Part shown: positions 56,165 through 64,000 of the stretch, piece by piece
Layout: every line of letters begins with the position of its first letter
Numbering within the stretch: position 1 is the stretch's first letter
Origin: Gemmatimonadales bacterium
Lineage (GTDB): Bacteria; Gemmatimonadota; Gemmatimonadetes; Gemmatimonadales; GWC2-71-9
Direction of reading: 5' to 3'
Assembly (NCBI GenBank): GCA_035699205.1
Contig: DASSBA010000153.1
Location: 4,096-68,095, forward strand
DNA: 64,000 bases
The notes under the pieces: model-generated
The model's input: the letters and a program-made list of their open reading frames with translations, nothing else
What the model was told of the DNA's origin: nothing
Database searches by the model: none
Program-made: the position numbers and the translations under genes

Positions 56165-56891
56165 CGGCCGGATCGCGCTGGTGACGGGCGCGAGCCGCGG
56201 CATTGGCGCGGCCATCGCGCGCGGGTTCGCCGCCGAGGGGGCCACCGTACTGCTGACCGCCCGCGGTGAGGGGGTGGACGAGCTGGCCCGCGAGCTCGAC
56301 GTGCCGCCGCGCCGGGCGGGCGCGATGCGCGGGGACATCAGCGATCCCGCCTTCGCGCGCGAGCTGATCGCCTGGGTCCGGAAGGAGCACGGCCGGCTGG
56401 ACGTGCTGGTGAACAACGCCGGAGTCCTCCGGCGTGGGTTGATCGGCATGATGTCCGCCGACCACATGCGCGAGCTGCTGGATGTGAACGTGCTCGCGGT
56501 CATGCTGCTGACGCAGTACGCCACGCGGATCATGGACTCGCAGCGGTTCCCGAGCGTCGTGAATCTGACGTCCATTGCGGGTACGCAGGGCTCCGAAGGC
56601 CTCACGGCCTACGCGGCATCGAAGGCGGCGGTGGTGGGGTACACGCTGGCGAGCGCCAAGGAGCTCGCCCCGAAGGGCATCCGGGTGAACGCGATCGCGC
56701 CCGGCCTGATCGACACCGAGATGATGCGATGGGTCACGGACGACTGGCAGGAGCGCCGGCTGCCGGCCATCCGCATGGGCCGCGTGGGAACGCCCGAGGA
56801 CGTCGCGGGCGTAGCGGTGTTCCTGGCTTCCCGGCTGTCGCGCTACGTGACCGGCCAGGTGATCGGCGTCGACGGGGGCATGACGGCGTGA
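56154..56891 (+). CDS. Short-chain dehydrogenase/reductase (FabG-like 3-oxoacyl-ACP reductase)
   Basis: VTGASRGIGAAIA, NNAG and YAASKAAVVG (YxxxK). It overlaps the ACP gene by 11 nt. Confidence 0.88.
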   Translation: MLLDGRIALVTGASRGIGAAIARGFAAEGATVLLTARGEGVDELARELDVPPRRAGAMRGDISDPAFARELIAWVRKEHGRLDVLVNNAGVLRRGLIGMMSADHMRELLDVNVLAVMLLTQYATRIMDSQRFPSVVNLTSIAGTQGSEGLTAYAASKAAVVGYTLASAKELAPKGIRVNAIAPGLIDTEMMRWVTDDWQERRLPAIRMGRVGTPEDVAGVAVFLASRLSRYVTGQVIGVDGGMTA

Positions 56892-58300
56892 TCGAGGCGG
56901 CGCTGCGGCACTCCGGTGCACAGCCGGCCCTGATCGCGCCCGCACAGGGCGTCCGCCTCACGTACGCCGAGCTCCGGACGCAGGTGGACGATGTCGCGGC
57001 GCGCCTGCACGGACTCCTGCCGGAGCGCCGGTTGGTGTTCCTGGCACCCGGACCGGATGTCCAGGCGGTGCTGTTGTATCTCGGCTGTCTGCGTGCCGGC
57101 CTGCCCGTGTGCCTGGCCGAGCCGCTCCCCGATCCGTTGGCGCGCCTGTCCCGCACCTACGGGCCCGCACTCGTGCTGGGCCCCGAAACCATGCGGCTGC
57201 CCGAAGGCGGGACGGTTGTCGCCTCGCCCGTTCCGGGCTACGCCGCCGTGCTGGCCGACCCTGCCGGCGAGCAGGCGCTCCACCCGGAGCTGGCGCTGCT
57301 CCTGACCACTTCGGGCTCCACCGGGAGCCCCAAGCTGGTTCGCCTGACGGCGCGCAACCTGGAATCGAACGCCACCGCGATCGCCACCTACCTCGCACTG
57401 GGACCGGCGGAGCGGGCGGTGCAGAGTCTCCCGATGCACTACAGCTACGGACTCTCCGTCTTGAACTCGCATCTGGTGGCGGGGGGCTGCGTCGTGCTGA
57501 CGCCGCACTCGTTCATCCGGCCGGAGTTCTGGCGGGAGGTGGACGAGCAGCGAGCCACCTCGTTCGCCGGGGTGCCCTACATGTATGAGACGCTGCACCG
57601 CCTGCGGTTCGACCCGGCGCGCCATCCGTCGCTGCGGACGCTGACGCAGGCGGGCGGGGCGCTGCGCCGGGACTTGATCGCGCATTTTCACGCCGCGGCC
57701 ACCGCTGCCGGCGCCCGGCTCGTGGTCATGTACGGCCAGACCGAGGCCACCGCGCGCATCGCCTACGTGCCGCCGGAGCGACTGGGTGAGAAGCTGGGCG
57801 CGATCGGCGTCCCGATTCCGGGAGGCCGGTTGAGACTTGAACCGGCCGAGGGCGCTGGCGGCGGTGCGACGGAGCTCGTGTACGAGGGCGAAAACGTGAT
57901 GCTGGGCTACGCCGAGGGCCCGGCCGACCTGGCCCTCGGCGACGTCCAGCACCGACGGCTGCGCACCGGCGACCTCGGCACAATGGACGCGGATGGCTAC
58001 TTCAGCGTCGTCGGGCGCCTGAAGCGGTTCGCCAAGCTGTTCGGCCGGCGCGTGAGCCTGGAAGACGTCGAGCGGGAGCTGGAGTCGGTCTTCCCGGTGC
58101 GCGCCATCGCCACGGAAGCCGGCGGCCGCCTGCGACTGCACGTCGTGGTGGACGGCGTGCTCCGCGATGGCCTGCTCGTGGCCCACCTGGCGCGCTTTCT
58201 CGCCGTGCCCCCATCCGCGATCGGGATCCACCGCGTGGCCGAGCTGCCGCTCACCACCACCGGGAAGAAGGACTACAGGGCGGTGGAGGCTGCGCCGTGA
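56888..58300 (+). CDS. AMP-dependent synthetase/ligase (ANL superfamily acyl-CoA or acyl-ACP ligase)
   Basis: GTG 56888 forms a GTGA overlap and gives VIEAALRHSG. Also LLTTSGSTGSPKLV (the AMP motif), YGQTEA, TGDLG and a C-terminal GKKDY. Confidence 0.85.
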   Translation: MIEAALRHSGAQPALIAPAQGVRLTYAELRTQVDDVAARLHGLLPERRLVFLAPGPDVQAVLLYLGCLRAGLPVCLAEPLPDPLARLSRTYGPALVLGPETMRLPEGGTVVASPVPGYAAVLADPAGEQALHPELALLLTTSGSTGSPKLVRLTARNLESNATAIATYLALGPAERAVQSLPMHYSYGLSVLNSHLVAGGCVVLTPHSFIRPEFWREVDEQRATSFAGVPYMYETLHRLRFDPARHPSLRTLTQAGGALRRDLIAHFHAAATAAGARLVVMYGQTEATARIAYVPPERLGEKLGAIGVPIPGGRLRLEPAEGAGGGATELVYEGENVMLGYAEGPADLALGDVQHRRLRTGDLGTMDADGYFSVVGRLKRFAKLFGRRVSLEDVERELESVFPVRAIATEAGGRLRLHVVVDGVLRDGLLVAHLARFLAVPPSAIGIHRVAELPLTTTGKKDYRAVEAAP

Positions 58301-59388
58301 CGAGCCCGGCCCGCGCATTGATGGAGCTGCCGCCCTTCGGGCTGAGCCAGGCCGAGAAGCGGGCCCGGCTGCTGCCCATGCTGCGGGAGCTCACGGCTCA
58401 CCACGCCGCCCGCTGCGAGACCTATCGAAATGTCCTGGACCGCGTCTTCGGTGGCGCCGACCAGCTCCGGATCGAGCGGATCGAGGACGTCCCGTACCTG
58501 CCCGTGATGCTGTTCAAGTCGCATCCGCTGTCGAGCGTGCCGGATTCCGAGGTGGTCAAGGTGCTCACGTCCAGCGGCACCACGGGGCAGCAGCCGAGTC
58601 GGGTGTTCCTGGACGCCGAGACCGCGTCGGTCCAGTCAGCGGTGCTGGTGAAGGTGGCGCAGCACTTCCTGGGCAGGGAGCGGCTGCCGATGGTAATCGT
58701 GGACCACCCCGGGGCGGTCCGGGACCGGCGCCATCACTCGGCGCGCGGCGCGGGGATTCTGGGCATGATGCAGTTCGGCCATCGCCCGTTCTATGCATTG
58801 GGCGACGACATGAGTCTGAACGAGGACGGGCTGCGCGCATACCTGGAGGGCGCGGCGGGCCGGCGCACGCTGCTGTTCGGCTTCACCTTCATGGTGTGGC
58901 AGTATCTCGTACGCGCGCTGGAGCGTGCCGGGCGCCGGCTGGAGCTGCCGGGCGGAGTCCTGGTGCATTCGGGAGGCTGGAAGAAGCTGCAGGACGAGGC
59001 CGTGGATCCGGCCACGTTCCGCGACCGGGTGCGGGCCGCGACCGGCGTGGAGCAGGTGATCAACTTCTACGGCATGGTCGAACAGGTCGGCGGGGTGTAC
59101 TTCGAGAATCCGATCCATTACCTGCAGGCACCCATCTACTCCGAAGTGATCGTGCGCGACCCGGTGACCCTGGTGCCGGTCCCCGACGGGCAGCCGGGGC
59201 TCGTTCAGGTCCTGAGCTGCCTGCCGACCAGTTACCCGGGCCATTCGCTGCTGACCGAAGATCTGGGTGTGATCCGGGGCGCCGACGCGGAGGGCACCGG
59301 CATGGGCGGCCGGTACTTCGAGATCCTGGGTCGGGCGCCGAAGGCCGAGCTGCGCGGATGCAGCGACACGTTCGCGGCGAGGGTATGA
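58297..59388 (+). CDS. LuxE-like acyl-protein synthetase (PaaK/LuxE-type adenylating enzyme)
   Basis: GTGA overlap with the ligase gene. 363 aa. Motifs are YLPVMLFK, VLTSSGTTGQQPSRVFLD, LVHSGGWKKL and INFYGMVEQ. Its size and its pairing with a LuxC-like gene support the call. Confidence 0.7.
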   Translation: MTSPARALMELPPFGLSQAEKRARLLPMLRELTAHHAARCETYRNVLDRVFGGADQLRIERIEDVPYLPVMLFKSHPLSSVPDSEVVKVLTSSGTTGQQPSRVFLDAETASVQSAVLVKVAQHFLGRERLPMVIVDHPGAVRDRRHHSARGAGILGMMQFGHRPFYALGDDMSLNEDGLRAYLEGAAGRRTLLFGFTFMVWQYLVRALERAGRRLELPGGVLVHSGGWKKLQDEAVDPATFRDRVRAATGVEQVINFYGMVEQVGGVYFENPIHYLQAPIYSEVIVRDPVTLVPVPDGQPGLVQVLSCLPTSYPGHSLLTEDLGVIRGADAEGTGMGGRYFEILGRAPKAELRGCSDTFAARV

Positions 59389-60647
59389 AGGGCGAGCCGC
59401 GCCCCTGGAGCACCGTGGCCGGGCGGGTCCGCGTGCTGGCCCCGGTGGGGCACGCAGCCGATCTGGCGGCCTTTCTTGACGGCACGCGCGACGTCCACGC
59501 CGAGCCGTTTTCCATGGCCCGGATGGATGCTCTGGCGCGGCTCTCGGCGGCGTTGCTGGCCGACCCCGTCCTCCGACGGGACCCGGCCAGCGTGTCGGTG
59601 GCGTACTGGCTGCGCCGGGCCCGGCTCGCCCGGCTGGCCGAGGAGCACGCCCGCCGCACCGCGGCGGAGCCGGACGTGCTGCGGGTGCCCGTGGGCCGGG
59701 TGCTTCACATGGCGCCCTCCAACGTGGACACGCTGTTCGTGTACTCGTGGGCGCTGGCGTTCCTGTGCGGCAATGCCAGCGTGGTGCGCCTGTCCCAGGA
59801 GTCGAGCGTCGTGGTCGACGCCCTGCTGCGCGTCATCTGCTCGGTGGCCGCCGAGGACGGCGAGCTGGCTGCATCGAACCGGTTCGTGACCTACGGGCAC
59901 GACGATGCGATCACCGCGGCGCTGTCGGCCTGGTGCGCCCACCGGGTGATCTGGGGCGGCGATGATGCCGTCGCCGCCATCCGGCCGTTGCCGCTGCCGT
60001 CGCACGCCAGCGAGCGGGTGTTCGGCAGCAAGTACTCGTTCGCGGTGATCGACGCCGACCGCTACCACGCCGCGCCGGCCGACGAGCGGGAGCGGGTCGC
60101 GTCCGGCTTCTTCAACGACCTGTTCTGGTTCGATCAGATGGCGTGCTCGTCGCCGCACGTGGTATTCTGGATCGGCGCCCGCGAGGCAGCCGAGACCGCC
60201 GCGCACGAATTCGAGCGCGCCCTTCAGGCCGAGGTGTCGCGCCGTGGCTTCGCGCCCCCGGTCTCGAGCGCGGTGCACCGGCGCAACTTCGCGTTCGACC
60301 TGGCGGCTTCGGCGGACGTGCGCGTGGTGCTCGAGCACCCCGGCTTCGTGGGGATCCACGTCCGCGACCCGGCGGCCCTCGACAAGGACATCTGCGGCGG
60401 AGGTCTGTTCCGGCACGCCACGGTCACGCGGCTGTCGGATGTGCTGGCGTTCATCGACGAGCGCGACCAGACGCTCACCCACTGGGGGATCGCGGGCGAG
60501 GCCCTCCGCAGCTTCACGGCCGCCGCCGGCGCGCGCGGACTCGATCGGGTCGTGCCGATCGGCGAAGCGCTGGCCTTCGACGTCGTATGGGACGGCTTCC
60601 ACCTGATCGACGACGTGCTTCGCCGCGTGCGGGTGCGGTGCTCGTGA
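59385..60647 (+). CDS. LuxC-like acyl-CoA/acyl-protein reductase (ALDH superfamily)
   Basis: ATGA overlap with the LuxE-like gene. Motifs are HMAPSNVDTLFVYSWALAFLCGNASVVRLS and FDQMACSSPHVVFW, the candidate catalytic Cys region. Confidence 0.7.
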   Translation: MKGEPRPWSTVAGRVRVLAPVGHAADLAAFLDGTRDVHAEPFSMARMDALARLSAALLADPVLRRDPASVSVAYWLRRARLARLAEEHARRTAAEPDVLRVPVGRVLHMAPSNVDTLFVYSWALAFLCGNASVVRLSQESSVVVDALLRVICSVAAEDGELAASNRFVTYGHDDAITAALSAWCAHRVIWGGDDAVAAIRPLPLPSHASERVFGSKYSFAVIDADRYHAAPADERERVASGFFNDLFWFDQMACSSPHVVFWIGAREAAETAAHEFERALQAEVSRRGFAPPVSSAVHRRNFAFDLAASADVRVVLEHPGFVGIHVRDPAALDKDICGGGLFRHATVTRLSDVLAFIDERDQTLTHWGIAGEALRSFTAAAGARGLDRVVPIGEALAFDVVWDGFHLIDDVLRRVRVRCS

Positions 60648-60672
60648 TCCCCGGTGCCGCCGGGGCTCGCCG

Positions 60673-61530
60673 GTGAGACTTCGGCTCTCTCCCCTGTCGG
60701 CCGCGACCGGGGAGGCATTGCCGGAGATCGCCGGACTGCTCGAGCGCGTGTTCCCCCGCGCTCGACCGTGGGCCCCCGATCTGGAGTGGCAGTATCTGCG
60801 GAATCCGGCGGGCGTCACCCGCTACGTCAACGGCTACGCGGAAACGGGCGAACTCATCGCCCATTACGCGGTGCAGCCGATGGTGCCGCTGGCCGAGCCG
60901 CCGTTCGCGTTCGCGGGTACCTATTTCCCGCTGAACACGGCCGTGCATCCGGCTGCCCGGGTGCCCGGGCTGATGGTGGCGACCGCGCGGGCGCTGTTCC
61001 GGGAGCTGGAGCGGCTGGGCCCGGCCCTGGTGTTGGGAGTCGCCAACGAGAATTCGTTCCCGGCCTACGTGCGAATGCTGGGCTTTCGGTCATTGGGCAG
61101 GCTGTCGCTCACCCTGCATGCCCCGGGGACGCTCCCCGCCGTCGTGGTGCCCAGGGCGCTGGGACACGACGCGGCACACCTGGCCTGGCGCACTCGGCGG
61201 CCGGGCGTGGCCGCCTACGGCGAGCCCGGCAGGGGCGCGCTCACGGTCCGGCTGCGGCATCGCGGCGTGGGGCTCGATGCCGTGCTCTCGACGGGCCTGC
61301 CGGGGGACCTGATCGCCGGCCTCGGGCTGGCCCGGCCCGCCCGGTGGGCTCCGAGACTCTACGCCGCCTTCGGCGGGCGGGTCGGGGGAGGGCTGCCCGT
61401 GCCCGGACGACTGCGACCAAGCCCCCTCGAGTACGTCATGCGCGTGCTGGGCGACCCGGCCCTGGCCGAGCCGGTCGCCCGACACCTTGGGGCGCGCCGG
61501 TTCGAGTTCCTGGATTTCGACGTGGTATGA
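60673..61530 (+). CDS. GNAT/FemAB-like acyltransferase
   Basis: GTG start, 285 aa. Contains VHPAARVPGLMVATARALF and LVLGVANENSFPAYVRMLGFRSLG, which is GNAT-like. Confidence 0.6.
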   Translation: MRLRLSPLSAATGEALPEIAGLLERVFPRARPWAPDLEWQYLRNPAGVTRYVNGYAETGELIAHYAVQPMVPLAEPPFAFAGTYFPLNTAVHPAARVPGLMVATARALFRELERLGPALVLGVANENSFPAYVRMLGFRSLGRLSLTLHAPGTLPAVVVPRALGHDAAHLAWRTRRPGVAAYGEPGRGALTVRLRHRGVGLDAVLSTGLPGDLIAGLGLARPARWAPRLYAAFGGRVGGGLPVPGRLRPSPLEYVMRVLGDPALAEPVARHLGARRFEFLDFDVV

Positions 61531-61687
61531 GCCGGGCACGGAGGGCTGCCCTCCCGGGCTCGCGCTTTGGTAGATTGCCCGTTGCCGGCGGCCAGGTCAA
61601 TTGTGTGTGGAGGGCACGAATTGTGCACGCCGGTCGCGGGATCCCCAAACCCCGCCGGCGCCTCGAACCGGGAGCCATGAACCGCTG

Positions 61688-62602
61688 ATGCAGATCACCA
61701 GACCGCTCATCATCGTGGGCACCGGCCGGTGCGGGTCGACCGTCTTCCACCGACTGCTCGCCCAGCATCCGCGAGTCATGTGGCTGTCGGGCTTCGCTGA
61801 GCGCTATCCCGACAAACCGGCATGGAACCGGTGGGCGGTTACCGCGACGGGTACCCCGCTGCTTCACCCGCTGCTCGGCGAGAAGATCCGGCCCGCGGAG
61901 GCGTACAGCTTCTGGGACCGATACGCGTATGGGTTTTCCGAGCCGTGCCGCGACCTCGGCCGGGCCGACGTGACTCCTCGTGTCAAGCGGCAGCTGCGGA
62001 GCGCGATCGAGCGGATGCTCACCCGGGCGCGCGACCGTCTGCTCGTCAAGATCACCGGGTGGCCGCGGATCGGCTTCCTCAACGGGGTCTTCGAGGACGC
62101 CGGGTTCGTGCACATCATTCGCGACGGCCGCGCCGTCGCCAACTCGCTGCTGCACGTCAATTTCTGGCGTGGCTGGCAGGGGCCGCAGGGTTGGCGCGCG
62201 GGTCTCCTCTCGCCCGAAGACCAGGCCGCCTGGGAGGCCTACGACCGTTCGTTCGTCGCCCTCGCGGGGATCGAGTGGCGCATCCAGATGCGGGCGATCG
62301 AAGCCGCCCGGCGCGCGCTCGACCCCGGGCTCTTCCTCGAAATCCGATACGAGGAATTCTGCCAGGCGCCGCAGGAAACCTTCCGGCGCGTCCTGGAGTT
62401 CGCGGAGCTGCCCCGCTCCCCCGGCTTCGAACGGCGTATCGAGTCGGCGTCCATCAGAGACATGAGCAACCGGTGGCGCGACGATCTCACCCCCGAGCAG
62501 CAGGTCGTGCTGGACGATCTGTTGCGCGAGGATCTGCGGCGCTATGGCTATGAGCCGTCCGACAAGGACCAGAGAGTCGCGGAAGCCGCCGCCGCCAGAT
62601 GA
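61688..62602 (+). CDS. Sulfotransferase family protein (Sulfotransfer_3-like)
   Basis: Internal ATG 61688 gives MQITRPLIIVGTGRCGSTVFHRLL, a P-loop-like 5-prime PSB motif. Also VHIIRDGRAVANSLL (3-prime PB-like). Confidence 0.8.
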   Translation: MQITRPLIIVGTGRCGSTVFHRLLAQHPRVMWLSGFAERYPDKPAWNRWAVTATGTPLLHPLLGEKIRPAEAYSFWDRYAYGFSEPCRDLGRADVTPRVKRQLRSAIERMLTRARDRLLVKITGWPRIGFLNGVFEDAGFVHIIRDGRAVANSLLHVNFWRGWQGPQGWRAGLLSPEDQAAWEAYDRSFVALAGIEWRIQMRAIEAARRALDPGLFLEIRYEEFCQAPQETFRRVLEFAELPRSPGFERRIESASIRDMSNRWRDDLTPEQQVVLDDLLREDLRRYGYEPSDKDQRVAEAAAAR

Positions 62603-62734
62603 ATCCGCCGGACCTGCGTCGCGCCGAGGCGGGGAGCGGTGTCTCCCCGTCCCGAGGCTCGCTGCACCCCGTATGACTCCGACTCCCGCAGCGGGCAACG
62701 GATCCACCGTGACACCGGCCGCGGGGAGTATCCG

Positions 62735-64000
62735 GTGACGCCCGCGGAAGCACGCCCGAACTCGCCCCGCGGACTCACGCAGCGGGCGCTTGGAGGCATG
62801 CTCTGGACCTTCAGCGGGACGGGCGTGCAGGCCGTCGTTCAGCTGATCGTGCTGATGGCGCTGGGTCGGCTGCTCACCCCGGCGGACTTCGGGCTGATGG
62901 GCGCGGCCGCGGTCGTGATCGCGCTCTCTCAGATCGTCTCGCAGGTCGGGGTCGGGCCGGCGATCGTTCAGCGCAAGGAGCTGAACCTCAAGCACGTGCG
63001 CGTGGCCTTCACCATCTCCGGCGTCCTGGGGTTCGTTCTCGGGGCCGCGGTCTGGTTCAGTGCACCGGCGCTCGCTGCGTTCTACCGCATTCCGGCCGTC
63101 GAGCCCGTGCTTCGGGGGGTGGCGTTCCTGTTTCCCGTGGACGGCCTGAACACGGTGGGCGAGTCGCTCCTCACGCGACAGCTCCGTTTTCGCCTGTTCG
63201 TCGCGCTGGACCTCGGCAGCTACGTCCTGGGATATGCCTGCGTGGGCGTCGTAATGGCCTGGCAGGGATACGGCGTATGGGCGCTGGTCGGAGCCAGCCT
63301 GTCCCAGGTGGCGCTGCGCACGATCGCCATGTACCTCGCCACGCGGCACGCCGTGCGGCCGAGCCTGGACCTGCGAGCGAGCCGAGAGCTGCTCAGCTTC
63401 GGCTTCGGCCATTCGCTGGCCCAGGTCGGCTCGGTGCTCTCCCAGCAGGGCGACAATCTCGTGGTCGGGCGGTGGCTCGGCCCGACCGCGCTGGGTGTCT
63501 ACGGGCGGGCCTACGGCCTGATGGTCATGCCGGCGACCGTGTTCGGCCGAATCGTCAACCGGGTCCTGTTCCCGGTGATGTCGCAGGTCCAGGACGAGCG
63601 TCATCGGCTTGCCGGCGGATACGAACGCGCCCAGGCGATCGTGGCCCTGGTGGCGCTTCCAGTGAGCGCGTTCCTGTGGGTCGTGGCCCCGGAGTTCATC
63701 CCGGTGCTTCTCGGGCCCGCCTGGACCGCCGCCGTCCTGCCGTTCCGGCTGTTCACGATCAGCCTGCTGTTCAGGATGAGCAGCAAGATCAGCGACGCCT
63801 GCACCAAGGCCGCCGGGGCGGTGTACGCGCGGGCATTGTTGCAGGGCGCGTACGCCGCCCTCGTGCTGGTGGGAGCGATCATCGGGCAGCGCTGGGGTGT
63901 CGCCGGCGTCGCGGTGGCGGTCTCGATCGCGATGGGGATCAACTGGCTGACGATGGCCGAGTTGAGCCGTCGGGTGACCGGCCTGTCCTGGTCCCGCTTC
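62735..64000 (+). CDS. wzx: Polysaccharide flippase (Wzx / polysaccharide biosynthesis protein family); C-terminus runs off the window
   Basis: My own translation from GTG 62735 gives LWTFSGTGVQAVVQLIVLMALGRLLTPADFGLMGAAAVVIAL and later LLSFGFGHSLAQVGSVLSQQGDNLVVGRWLGPTALGVYGRAY. It is polytopic and open to position 64000 (422 codons). ATG 62798 is an alternative start. It is absent from the track because there is no stop inside the window. Confidence 0.75.
   Translation, partial: MTPAEARPNSPRGLTQRALGGMLWTFSGTGVQAVVQLIVLMALGRLLTPADFGLMGAAAVVIALSQIVSQVGVGPAIVQRKELNLKHVRVAFTISGVLGFVLGAAVWFSAPALAAFYRIPAVEPVLRGVAFLFPVDGLNTVGESLLTRQLRFRLFVALDLGSYVLGYACVGVVMAWQGYGVWALVGASLSQVALRTIAMYLATRHAVRPSLDLRASRELLSFGFGHSLAQVGSVLSQQGDNLVVGRWLGPTALGVYGRAYGLMVMPATVFGRIVNRVLFPVMSQVQDERHRLAGGYERAQAIVALVALPVSAFLWVVAPEFIPVLLGPAWTAAVLPFRLFTISLLFRMSSKISDACTKAAGAVYARALLQGAYAALVLVGAIIGQRWGVAGVAVAVSIAMGINWLTMAELSRRVTGLSWSRF

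Overview
High-GC (hand counts about 68-73% in typical lines) bacterial chromosomal segment that is almost fully coding. I call about 55 CDS. I saw no rRNA, tRNA, CRISPR array, transposase or integrase. Many long Arg/Pro/Gly/Ala-rich ORFs in the track are antisense or out-of-frame artefacts of the GC content. Gene calls therefore rest on recognisable motifs, and internal start codons were re-derived where needed. Taxon cannot be assigned from the sequence alone.

Main blocks:
- 1-5900: a degenerate DEAD-box-like gene, a class I aminotransferase, an MsbA-like ABC exporter and a histidine phosphatase. An unusual inverted array of tandem octamers fills one convergent intergenic gap.
- 6022-20756: a large sugar-nucleotide/glycosyltransferase cluster. 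It has four CgeB-like GT paralogues, a GT4, two NAD epimerase/dehydratases, two oxidoreductases, a DUF1698-type methyltransferase, a HAD phosphatase, a nucleotidyltransferase, an oddly arranged clan GH-A-like hydrolase and a decayed UXS-like pseudogene. Most minus-strand junctions overlap.
- 20982-31570: a NurA-like nuclease, then a sulfate uptake operon (OprO/P-type porin, sbp, cysT, cysW, cysA) with an Rrf2 regulator, then a GlpD-like oxidoreductase followed 4 nt later by a HerA-like ATPase.
- 31716-44061: a PAS hybrid histidine kinase, a sulfotransferase, a methyltransferase, two tandem ClC/CBS channels, SbcD/SbcC (Mre11/Rad50 type) and a GNAT.
- 44065-64000: an exopolysaccharide-type locus with GT4, an Ig-repeat lipoprotein, Wza-like, a Wzc-like BY-kinase and Wzx. 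Embedded in it are a complete PAPS factory (cysN with a degenerate kinase-like tail, cysQ, cysC, cysD), a sulfotransferase, a polysaccharide deacetylase, and an ACP/SDR/AMP-ligase/LuxE/LuxC/GNAT acyl module.

The best candidates for something undescribed are this sulfated and probably acylated polysaccharide system and the CgeB-paralogue glycan operon.
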